A DNA stretch of 64,000 bases from the NCBI GenBank assembly GCA_050084985.1, contig JBITNC010000001.1, positions 124,186,001 to 124,250,000 of the forward strand, written 5' to 3'. How positions within the stretch are numbered: position 1 is the stretch's first letter; the number at the start of each line of letters is the position of its first letter. The translations under genes and the position numbers were made by a program. The notes beneath the pieces were generated by a model. That model searched no databases. It saw nothing but the letters and a program-made list of their open reading frames with translations, and had not been told where the DNA came from. This stretch comes from Nageia nagi (lineage: Eukaryota > Plantae > Pinophyta). Below are positions 14,694 to 26,639 of this stretch, one piece after another.

Positions 14694-15055
14694 CCTTAAG
14701 ATCCTTAAGGAAAGAAGATCTTAAAAATTGTGGCTTTGAGTCTCGTGAAGCAAGAAGATAATCTCTTCTCCATTGAACAACCTTTACCCCAAATACCATT
14801 TCTCAATTTTAGCTCCTAATGTAGAAACTTCTAATTGTTTACACTAATAATTGATACTTCAATTACTTTATTAATACTTTTAAGATATTGACTTAATCAT
14901 ATGAAGATATTGAGTAAGTCATGTAAAAAACAAATGATACTATTTAGTTTTCATATTAACGACCTTACAAAACTCTCATTTTAAAATACATAGTATATTG
15001 TTTTATTGAATGTGAAAGGAAGGTGCTTTGTGGATTCTTTGTGTGTATTTTATAG

Positions 15056-16930
15056 TTTTCTCTTTAAAGTGAATGTCACGGGTGTGATTGAATCCTGACA
15101 TAACTTGGTAGTACATCTTCCTTTTTGTTGCCTCGTCCACGTCTCTTCTAATTTTTGCTGGAGTCATAGCCACCCTAGAATGGAGTAAATGGACTCCCTA
15201 AAAGATTCGCATTGGAATGACTTTCGATTAGTCTTCCTCCTTTCAAAATATTTCGGATAATGTTGATGGTTTTACCTGTTTACAGGAAATGCAATCCCTT
15301 GAGTTTTCATGAATGCCTACTTGAATAGAGAATTCATTTTGATTACCCCTTGTTAATTTCGTAGCAGAATTATGCTACAGATTCTAGAAGTGAAGAAGAC
15401 ACTTCAATGAGCCTAAGAATGAATAGATGGTCCTATGAAGAAATTGGTCCTCCACTTAAAGGAGCGGTGTACCTGAATTTTGATCCTCTGATATACAATT
15501 TCAAAGTCTTTTCAGTGTTCCTTTTCGTTCATATCATATGATCGGCTCCCCAAGCATTAATAGATCAGGGTGTTTACTGACTTCAATCCTTCCAAATTTG
15601 CTTTGTTGGACCAAATCTTGCTATCAGTATAAAAGGCTAATGATCTCGATGCTTTACTCTTTTATCTGGAAATGAGGCTAATAGAAGTGTGAAGTATTTT
15701 ATCATAATGACTGAAGGTAGTGGCAAATCTTTCACTCTCAACCAATTAGCTAGAGAAGATGTCGAATCCATGACTTACTGATGGTAATAGAATCCCTTGT
15801 GAATAATGAGAATTAGATAATAACAGAGAGTTGAGTCTAAACAAAGATAGTGGTGGTGCAAAGGAGGGGTTGGGCCGCTAACGTATTTATTCATGTTTAA
15901 TTCCAACGATCATTGCATTGTAAGAGACTACAAATCATAGAAGCCTTTCGTCAAATGATTCACTGCTTTTCTTTTCCCCAAACGTAGTTATCTTGTCTAC
16001 ATCTCAACAAGGTATCTAGCCAGAAGAATCAAAGTTCATTTAAATGTATCTATTTTTATTCTCCCAAATGGTAATTACATCGCATGAAATTGTTTATCGA
16101 TTAGCCATTTTGTCAAAGCAATTCCCTAGTTCTCTAATGCGCCAAGGAGATTGCATTTGATAATGCATTCTACCAAGAAACTCCTCCTTTCTTCAATGCG
16201 CCTTTTTTTTTCCTACGTCCATAAGAGTGTGTTCAATGAAGGATTTTGTCAAACAATTTGCAGGCCCTTTTTATACGTCTATTTTTCTCATATCTTACTA
16301 ACATTATTTTTTTCATATCCTATGATCTTTAGTTCGCATGAGGCTACTAATTGTTAAGATAATTTTCACAAGCAAATCATTGATCCTTTCTCTATTTCCT
16401 TTGTGGCCTGGGATTGCAAATTCAATGAGGCACTTTGTCTAACAAGTCGCCAGCCCTCACAACGTATCAGTTTAATATTTTGCCAAATAATTAATGGATC
16501 CAAGCTCGTATTATGTTGATACTCGAGCCTCTGAAAAAAAATATCTTTATCCCTTGGATATCGCTCTCTCGTGGGATGAGAGGTGTATTGATTTGCGTGA
16601 AGAAATTCAAACCCTAGCAAAAATGCCATAGTCTAAATTACTCAATACACTTATAGACCTCTATGATGCTATTTGATGATCTCTATTAAAAAAAAAATGT
16701 AGTATTCAAACTAATAATCGAAACATTATCAAAATAAAATCGAAATCCTTTTTAAGGGAGCTTTCAGAATCCACCATCTATCCGACACATCAAGAAAGAT
16801 AATTTTGGATTTATGGACATTTGGTTGTTCCTCCATAATGTTATTTATCCTTCTGTTGCCTATAATGTTCGAATGTCTAAGGTTCCTTGCTATGTGCCTT
16901 TTATAAAGGTGTAACCATATCATAAGTTCA
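15056..16930 (-). pseudogene. Scrambled PPR (pentatricopeptide repeat)-derived sequence, no ORF
   Basis: Minus-strand fragments VVSYNAMIVG (15902-15931), GNCFDKM, KRACKLFDKI and YERKG in shifting frames. CpGs are retained. Confidence 0.65.
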
Positions 16931-17172
16931 TTCACATCATTATAAAATTTCTTTTTTATAACTTAAAATGATATTGAAATATATGATTATCAAAATGAAA
17001 GTCCATGAAATTAGTTTGACTCATATTAAAGGTAATAGTGATTAAAGAGTAAGGTATTGACATATTTATTTTTGAACATAGGACCATAAAAATATGAGTT
17101 TTATTATTTTTTCGTAAACATAGTTTGATTTAAAATTTATTTGATAACATTATTTTGTCATAAATTGGGGAT

Positions 17173-17280
17173 AAATCATGTTCGATTGAAATTGTTACAA
17201 AAATCATGTTAGATTGAAATTGTTACAAAAATCATGTTAGATTGAAATACTTGCAAAAATCATGTTAGACTAAAATTCTT
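17173..17280 (+). repeat. 28-bp tandem repeat, about 3.8 copies
   Basis: ATCATGTT(A/C)GA at 17175, 17203, 17231 and 17259. Only about 2 units are present in the paralogue near 25300. Confidence 0.9.
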
Positions 17281-20200
17281 AATCTCATGAGATTGTATTA
17301 CTCTATGATCGAAGAAGGAAGGTAGTTATCTTGGGAGCATAAAACCTCTTGATATCAAACAATAGAGTATTGAATGTTGTAATTTTATGAATGGAAATGA
17401 TCCTTTGAAAAATAGAATGAATGAAATATGTTGCATCTAGGAGTAGTATATATTTTATTATGATAAAGATGTTATCATGATCCTTCCTAGTACTGCATCC
17501 AATAAGACTTGGTTGCTTTGGATGAATGTGATAGATGAAGGTGTCAAGAAGCTACAGTAGGCGGATAACGAAAAATCGAAAACCTCTTGCAATATATTTG
17601 CATCGAAGCAATTACAATTGTAAACTTAGTCAACTCCATATGTTGATTAAATCATACATGAAATCAAATGTATTAAATATGGCCTTGAAGAAGCAATGAT
17701 TGTGGATGATATTATGTTGGGTGATAAGTAGTCCTTGTCCAATAACTTGATCCAATAGATTATTATTTGCAAGAGTAAGTCCTATGCATATTATGATGTA
17801 CTCTTCCTTTACAAACAATGAAATAAATTTATATTCCTTATATCCAAAGACTTTATCAAGTTAGAGAATCCCTTTATAAAAATAGAGTATTAAAAGTATT
17901 AAGGTAGATTTGGAAGATATATCGAAAATGTACTTTAGAATTATATTACATGAAAGGAATATGAGTCCTCATAAAAATTCATTAGGATATAATTAGTTCA
18001 TCTTTAGAACTTAAAAGTTTGAGGAGCTATTCCAATCAAAGATGGACTATCATAGGGTTACTCTCCTAAGATACAATTAAGTTCAAGCCATGATGGTCTA
18101 ACTAAAGTTTGTAATGACGTAAAGTTACCAAGTAAAGAAAGGAGGGATGATCTCCTAACCTTAGAGTACTACATTGAAAATAGATGGAAGTTAACACAAA
18201 CCTAAAAAATGTATTCAGATATGGATAAATGTTATGTGTAAGAAGGAAACCAAAATGAAAATGAAAGAAGGACCTTGAATGAGCAGTATTAATCAAAGTA
18301 TATAATTAGATAATCTAACCAAGTAATGTCTGATAGAACCTTGAAAGTTAATCTTGACAAATGGTAGTTGTCATCATTTTGCTAAATGATAGGAAAGGAC
18401 TCCATGAATATGTTACATTTTACACCACACTTCTTTATTAGAAGTAGTTGTTCAAACTCATTATTATTCTTTACATATGTTGTACTTTTAAAGTAATGTT
18501 CTTTCTTCATATTATGCATATGGGATAATTATGGTTTAATATTCTTTGTAAGCTTCTAAATAAGCTTACTTGAAACTTCTTGTACATGTTTGATGAATTG
18601 ATGCTTCTGGTTGATTAGACATGATTATCAATGGAATTTATTAGACTAAACAAATCACTTGAGGTATTATTATACCCATGGCTCCCCAAGATATGGGCAT
18701 GGGGATGTCAAAATCCATGGTGGGCCTAGCTAATATATATGGGAGGCTATGTCTCATATCCTTGAAAAATTATCTTATGAAGGTAGCAATTAATAAAACT
18801 ATAATTACCGAGTAAAAGTAGAAAACCATAATATCATGACCAAAATGTCTATTACATAGTCTATGCATGGAAATAATGGGGTCAAATATGTAGCATCTTC
18901 CAATGGGATGAGCATTGAGATGTGAACACCAAAAAGTTTTCAATCAGCATTAGTTATTCTAGATTCCACCAATCTTTCTATATAGGTGTTGGTTAGCTAA
19001 TAGTATTTAGATGCTCATGTGGATTGCATTGTCCATTCCTAGACCATTTGAGTGTTTAATTTAAACAAAAAATAGGTCTAAATTTTTAAGGTTTGTGAAG
19101 TTGGAAATATGGTGAGTGAGAAGAGTTGCGTAGGAGCAAGAGCTCTACATTGATATCAAAGCTTCAAGTTCAAACTCTTAGGCATATGATACATGACCTT
19201 TTGCTAAAAATGTATATCAGTTTGTTAATAGGAAATCTAAATTAAATTTATTTTTGTGGAATTGACTTACCTTGTTATGGTAAGAGTGACATTCTAATAA
19301 TGTTGAGAATTAGGGATAACCTAATCTCTTTACTATTGAATGGAAAATATCTAAATTATACCCTAGGGAAAAGTATTATCTAGGTAGGATAACTTAGTAA
19401 AATGGATATTAAGAATTAGGATAATACCCTTAAGGTGTAAAAAGGGATACATCTTCAATAATGTACTAGAAAGAGGATTGAAAGGATATCCATGGGAAAA
19501 TTTAGTTACTCCATCAAAAGTAGGAAAAATAAACCTTCTAGGCCAAGTATGAACTTTTTAAGTTTGTGCCTCTATAGCCTTACCAAAGGTACCTAGATAA
19601 GATTGGGTTAACACTTCTCGATAGTATTACTCGAGAAATGGAGAGAAACATAGTTGAATTTCCCTAGTGGTGTTAATAAAATACTAGAATAAGGAAAAGT
19701 CATCTATAGGGCATACTATCTCTTTAAATAACCTAATTGTAAGGTGATAATTTAATGAAGTACTATCAAAGATTTGATAGTAACATAAATATTTAAAATA
19801 AAAATGAAGGTTCATTAGGGTATAGGAGGTACTCTACCCTAAAATTAGGAACCTCATAAAATGAACTACAATGATAGTTGTAATTCAAGGAAAGATAAAT
19901 AGGAAATAATGCAAGGTTAAAGGTAAAAAGGATAGGTTAATAAGGATATAGTTGACTAAAACCTTATAGGGAAAGAAACCCTATGGTCTACATCAGTTTA
20001 GTCAAGCACCTATCAAAAAATGACAAAAGGAAAAGGAATGCTACTAAAATATTTAAATGTGGTCCAAGATATGTGTAGGATAAAAGGAATAAAGTACAAT
20101 ATAGTTACTTTTTATGATAATGAAAAGGAATATTATGATAGGAATATGCTTTATGTCAAAACTCAAGGTTGATAAAAGATTATCTAAAGAAGAGAAGTAA

Positions 20201-20899
20201 TAATGAAAGAAAAAGTAAAATAATAATAATACCCATTATTTGAAGAGACATAATTACCTCATAATCCAATAATGTATTGAGTAGAAAATGTTAAAATCTC
20301 TTTTGGTTAAATTGTAATTAGTTTATCTTATGAATAATAAGGAATGATAATTTGAGTTAGAAAATTTAGGATGATGGCATCTAGGAGAAGACATCTCTAG
20401 AAAATGAGGATGCAAATGCATTCCAACTCCTTGAAAATATCATGTTGATTCAAATGCAATTGAAGGATATGCACAATCAAATGATAGAAAAACAAGAACT
20501 ATTAAACCTACTACTTGATTGACTCTATAGAAAACAAGTAATCAAAAGCATGTTGAAGTTCAAGCTAGGGTCAAGAATGAATCAATATTTAAGAGAATAA
20601 GATTTGGAAATAAGAACACTAGAGGTTGTTGGAGTGTGATGGAAAACATATCTAAAATAGATGTCTCCTCAACAAGGAACAATCAAAGAAGATCACCACT
20701 ACCACTTCAAATCTGGGTATTTCTTCCATAAACCCCTCTAAATTTTTAAAAAATTTATTTCATTCTATAAGTAGCATTATTGGTCGAGACATGGTAAGAT
20801 CATCAAAACCTTTGACAAAAGGTTGTGGACAAGTGTAAATTTGGGATAAACTTAGAAAAGTCAAAATAATGGCACTAGTTTGAGAATTTTTTACATTTT

Positions 20900-21900
20900 A
20901 AGGTGTCTTAAAACACTAAGGAATATCCATGGAAGGGATGAAATATTGATTTGTAGGAATAGGCCTTATGAAGAAAGAAGAATTAAGCTATTAAGGGGAA
21001 AGATTCAAAGTTAATACTTTAAAAAGTATTTTTGACTAAAAATTGATATAATGGGATCTAGGATAATAAACCTTGAAATAAGGTTATTTCTCAATATATT
21101 TTAATTAAAATCTAAAGTTAAGATGCAAATTGGTGTTAGGGCATCAAGTTCCTTATTAGATGAAATAGGAATGAGAAAACCTAGTACAAAACATATTTGT
21201 AAAATGTATTAAAATTTTATATTTCCTATGATATTTTCATTCAAGATAGAAAATCATTTAATGGATTGCATTTTATTTTGACTCTATTTACTTGGTGGTG
21301 GTCAGGTTAACCAAAGAAGTATACTTTTCCTAGGATAAAACCCTACCAATATTGCCCTTATGAAAGATATGAACTATGTTTCTACCACAAAGCTTTGGGT
21401 GTAAAGAGAATCTTTGACTAAGTGGAAAGGTTTTTGTAGTGATTAGTCATATTTATCTTCTTAGAATGAGTTGATTTCATGCTCTGATCATAAGGAGGTA
21501 AAAAACTCTTGGGGATGATTTGGAAGATCTAGTCATGATCCATTCAATATTAATAAGTAATTGGAGGAGTAATGAATACTCTTTGAGAATTTTCTATGAC
21601 TATGACATAAGTTCCATAAAAATATAAACCCTAATTGGTTACATTAAGTATAATGGAAAAGTGAGTCTAACTTACAGGCTTGTATTACCACCCAATTTGT
21701 CAAAAGGGATAAGATGTCTACATGTCTCCTTATTTAGAAAGAATGTTTGATCTAGTGTATGCTTTGATTTCTTTAATGTTATAGGTATTAGATATATGGA
21801 TGTTGAAACCCTTCCATTAAGCCCTAGTTGTGAGACTAGGAAGATGAGTAACAAGAAGATATATACATGTTTAGTATAATAAGATGAATTTATATGAATC
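20900..21900 (+). mobile_element. Possible very degenerate LINE (L1) RT C-terminal fragment
   Basis: LDIWMLKPFH*ALVVRLGR near 21790-21845 resembles the L1 motif GLGIxxLxxFNxALLxKxxWR; otherwise unreadable. Confidence 0.3.
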
Positions 21901-22029
21901 TTTTTCTAATTAGAGAAGTTATTTTCTTATAGACAAAATTTTTAAGTATATAGATGGTTATGTAAATATTGTTACACTTTCTTATTGGTATAGTCTAAGA
22001 ACACATGGTACTTTGTTCCTTTAAGGGGG

Positions 22030-25000
22030 CTAGTATGTAACAACTTGCCCGAACACTAATACTTGAAACCTTAATGACCTCAAAAAATTTGAAATTTAAT
22101 TTAAGCTTATATATGCTATAAAATAGATTATGAATAGTTTTATGCTTGATTTGTGTTAATTTGATATTGTATTCAAGGTTATTGTGATATAGATAACAAG
22201 TTGACAAATGTGGTTATCAGGATGGAGATCATAGGGAATGAAGGACGAGTTGGTTACACGAACAGATTGGTAAGGGTGAGAAAATAGTTAGCATTAAATT
22301 GCTCATAATTACAAGGAATATCATAGATCATGTAGATGCATATCACCATTATTATGCATTATTTTCGATTTAGATGATGTATGTGTGTGTATGCACTAAC
22401 AAATTTCCTTGTAGGATGAATGGTTATCACAGATAAATATAAGCTTTTTAAAAAAAATTGCTTGATTATTTTCAAATGATGGAAGTTATATTCCAATGGT
22501 TTGAATTTGAATTTTTCACCAAGAAAATTTCATACACTTGGGTGAAAATAAAATTTAGGTTTAAAAGGATTATTTGTCATGTTTTGTTAATGGTAAGGTT
22601 ATTTTGAAATTTTGTGAAAATAATTGAGAAAAATACCCTACATTATTTGTTTCATTGTGTTAGGTGCATGAAATTATTAGAAATATTTTAACATCTAATA
22701 TGAAATGTCGATTGTATTTTGAGAGGATATAACATTTACAAATAACATTATTGACACCTACCATAAAAAAATAAAATGCTTACACCTTCCATGTAAAATA
22801 AATATGTTGGATGAATAGTCTCATTTTTGGAGGGACTATATAAAAAATTTGACTATAAATACCTTAGAATCCTTAAGTAAGGGAGACCTTAAAGATTGTG
22901 ACATTGGTCCCCGTGAAGCAAGTAGATAATATCTTCTCCATTTTTCAACCTTTATACTAAGTACCATTTCTTAATTTTAACTCTTAATGTATAAAATTCT
23001 AATTGTTTGCATTAATGATTGATCCTTTAATTACTTTATTAATACTCTTAAGATATTGAGTGAGTCATGTAAAGGTATTGAGTAAGTCATATGAAAATAA
23101 AATGGTACTATTTCATTTTTATATTAATGACCTTACAATACGCTCATGTTAAAATACATAGTATATTGATTTATTGAATGTGAAAGGCGGGTACTTTGTG
23201 GATTCTTTATGTGTATTTTATAGTTTTCTCTTTAAAGTCAATGTCACGGGTATGATTGAATCCTAATAAAATTTAGGAGTAAATCTTCCTTTTTTTCGTC
23301 TCGTCACCTCTCTTCTATGTTTTCCTAGAGTCATAGCCGCCCTAGAATAGAGTAAATGGACTCCCTAAAAGATTCGCATTGGGATGACTTTCGATTAGTC
23401 TTCCTCCTTTCAAAATATTTTGGATAATGTTGTTGGTTCTGCTTGTTTATGATCAACGTAATCCCTTGAGTTTTTTTGAATGCCTACTTGAATAAAGAAT
23501 TCAGTTTGATCATCCCCTCTTTATTGCGTAGCAGAATTATGCTACAGATTCTAGAAGTGAAGAAGACACTTCAATGAGTCTGAGAATGAATAGGTGGTCC
23601 TCCACTTGAAGGAGCGACGCACCTGAATTTTGATCCTCCGACATACAATTTCCATGTCTTGTCAATGTTCCTTTTTGTTCATATCATACGGTTAAGTCCC
23701 CAAGCATTAGTAGATCGGGGTGCTTACTGACTTCAATCCTTCCCAATTAGCTTTATTGGACGAAATCTTGCTACCGCGATAGAAGGCTAATGATCTCTAT
23801 GGTCTACTCTTTTATCTGGAAATGAGGCAAATAGAAGTGTGAAGTGTTTTTCAATAGTAAGTGAAGGTAGTGGCAAATCCAAGAATTATGAAAATTAGAT
23901 AATAATAGAGAGTCAAATCGACGATAGTGGTGGTGCAAAGGAGGGGTTGGGCCGCTAACATATCTGTTCCTATTTAATTCCAGCGATCATTGCATTGTAA
24001 GAGACTACAAATCATAGGATCCTTTTGTTAAACGATTCACTGCTTTTCTTTTCCTCAAATTTAGTTGTCTTATCCACACCTACATGAGGTATCTGACAAG
24101 ATGAATCAAAGTTCCTTTCAAAGTAACCATTTTTGTTCTCCTAAATGGTCATTGCGTTGCAAGAGATAATTTTATTAAGTAGATATTTTTTCAAAGCAAT
24201 TTCCTAGTTTTTCAACACGCCAAGTTGGTTGAATTTGATAAGGCATTTTTCCAAGAAACTCTCTGGTCTTCAATGCATCTTTTTTCTTTCCTACTTCCAT
24301 AAGAGTGTGTTTGATGAGCTATTTTATCAAACAATTCGTAGGCCCTTTTTATGTATCTATTTTGCTCATATCCTGCTAACGTTATTTTTTTTCGTATCCT
24401 GCGATCTTTATTTCGCATGAGGCTACAATTTCATAAGATAATTATCAAACAAATCATTGATCCTTACTACAATTCCTCTATGGTCTGCGATTTGAAATTC
24501 GATGAAGCACTTTGTCAATCACGTCGCCATCTCTCACAATATATATGTTTAGTATTTTGTCAAATAATTAATGGATCCAAGCTCGTATTGTGTTGAAACT
24601 TGAGCTTATGATAAATTGATGTCTCTATCCCTTGGATATCGCTTAGTATCTCTCCCTATCATGGGATGAGGGGAGTATTGATCTAAGTGAAAACCTTCGA
24701 ACCCTAGCAAAAGTGTCATAGTCTAAATTACTATGTACACTTATAGACCTCTACGATGCTATTTGATGGCCTCTATTAAAAAGCAATTGTAGTATTCAAA
24801 CTCATAATCGAAACACTATCTAAATGAAATAGAAATATTTTTAAAGGGAGTTGTCCGAATCCATTATCTATCCGACACAAAAAGAAAGATAATTTTAGAG
24901 TTCCGGATATTCAGTTGTTCCTCCATAATGGTATCTATCATTCTGTTTCCTATGAGCTTTCATAGCAATTTTCGAATGTTTACACTATTACTCCTCACGC

Positions 25001-26120
25001 GGTTACTTGCTATGTGTCTTCTGTAAAGGTGTAATCATATCATAAGTCGATTCAGATCGTTATAAAATTTCCCTTTTTATAAATTAAAATGACATTGAAA
25101 TATAGGATTATTAAAATGGAAGTCTATGAAAATTAGTTTGATTCATATAAAAGGAAATAGTGATTAAAAATTAAGGTATTGACATATTTATTTTTGAACA
25201 TAGGACTATAAGAACTTTATGAGTTTTATTATTCTTTCGTAATAGTAGTTTGATTGACATTTATTTGATAGCGTAATTTTATGATAAATTGGGGATAAAT
25301 CATATTACATTGAAATTCTTATAGAAATTATGTTAGATTGAAATTCTAAATCTCATAAGATTGTATTACTCTATGATGGAGAAAGGGAGGTAGTTCTCTT
25401 GGGATCATAAAACCTCTTGAGATCAAATATTAGAGTATTGAATGTTGTAATTTTTTGAATGGAAATGATTATTTGAAAAATTGAATGAATGAAATGTGTT
25501 GCATCTAGGAGTAGGATGCATTTCATTATGATAAAGTGTCGTCTTGATCCTTAATAAATCTATAACCCTTCCTAGTACTTCATCCAACAAAACTTGGTTC
25601 CTTTTGATGGACGTGATAGATAAATGTGTCATGAAGATACAACAAGAAGATAAGGAGAAATTGAAAACCTCTTGCAATGCATTTTCACTGAAGCAATTAC
25701 AATTGTAAACTTAGTCAACTCCATATGTTGATTAAAGCATACATGAAATAAAATGTATTAAATATAGCCTTGAAGAAGCAATGATGTTGGATGATATTAT
25801 GGTGGGCGATATGTATTCCTTCTCCAATAACTGAAGTTCATGATGACATAAGGTTACCAAGTAAAGGAAATAAGGGATGATCTCCTAATCTTAGAGTATT
25901 ACATTAAAGTTTTCAATCAAGGTTGGTTATTCTAGATTCCACTAATCTTGCCATATGGGTGCTGGTTAGCTAAGAACATTAACATGCTCATGTGGATCAC
26001 CTTGTCCATTCCTATATCATTTGAGTGTTTAATTTAAACAAAAAAATAGTTCTAAATTTTTAGGGTTTATGAAGATGGAAATAGGGTTGATGAGAAGCAT
26101 TACCCAGAAGTGGGAGAGCT
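22030..26120 (+). repeat. Local segmental duplication, copy 2 (lacks copy-1 segments about 17750-18100 and 18180-18930)
   Basis: Colinear match to 13900-19150 with two clean gaps near 25830 and 25905. Confidence 0.95.
23224..25060 (-). pseudogene. Scrambled PPR-derived sequence, copy 2, no ORF
   Basis: ITLAGYEQNRYIKRAYELFDKI (within ORF 24212-24418), VVSYNAMIAG (about 23980-24008), and YEQKG plus frameshifted NIDKTWKLY. Confidence 0.7.
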
Positions 26121-26639
26121 ACAAGTACTTCATTTGACATCGGTAGAATGTGGGAAATAAAAGTTATATCACAAGTCAATGTTATGAGTTTAATCAACTA
26201 AGGAAAATGCTTATTTCTATTATATGGGGTAGCATATAAGCGAAGGGATGTATGTAGCACTTCTTAGGAGTATAGGCCCTAAGAAGTAACTCATTATTAT
26301 TTTGAATTGATGTTTCTTAAAAATGGCTTATTTTTAAGAGATAAGATTTTAGCTTGATTTTATTTTAATAGGAATTAATTACTCCTACATGACTCGAGAG
26401 TCATCTGCATTGACTAACTTGACTCAAGATGGTTACCTTAATTGATGTTAAAATTATAAGTGTTAAATGTAAATAAAATAAATAAATTACCCTAGATTTT
26501 TAGGTAGAATTAGATGCATATTTTATTTAGTATTAGAGCATATGTATGTAGAGCATTAAATGCTTCCTATGCTTCTAGTCTTCTTAAACCTAACTTAAAC
26601 TTTTTGATCCTTGTAGTAGAAAAAGATACAAACTAGGAA

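Larger units (their letters stand above)
13900..19150 (+). repeat. Local segmental duplication, copy 1 (paralogue at about 22030-26120)
   Basis: Colinear similarity, e.g. GAACAGATTGGTAAG at about 14130 and 22260, and GATAGTGGTGGTGCAAAGGAGGGGTTGGGCCGCTAAC at about 15846 and 23922. Confidence 0.95.

Noticed and set aside
16563-16588. TCTCTCGTGGGATGAGAGGTGT loosely resembles, from memory, a miR4376/miR5225-family sequence, i.e. a possible trigger site on the minus strand
   Set aside because: Needs gaps to align, is not conserved in copy 2, lies on the strand opposite the inferred transcript, and cannot be verified without a miRNA database
15056-16930. Endogenous viral sequence
   Set aside because: No RdRp, Rep, capsid or movement-protein motifs recognised; the readable pieces fit PPR motifs better
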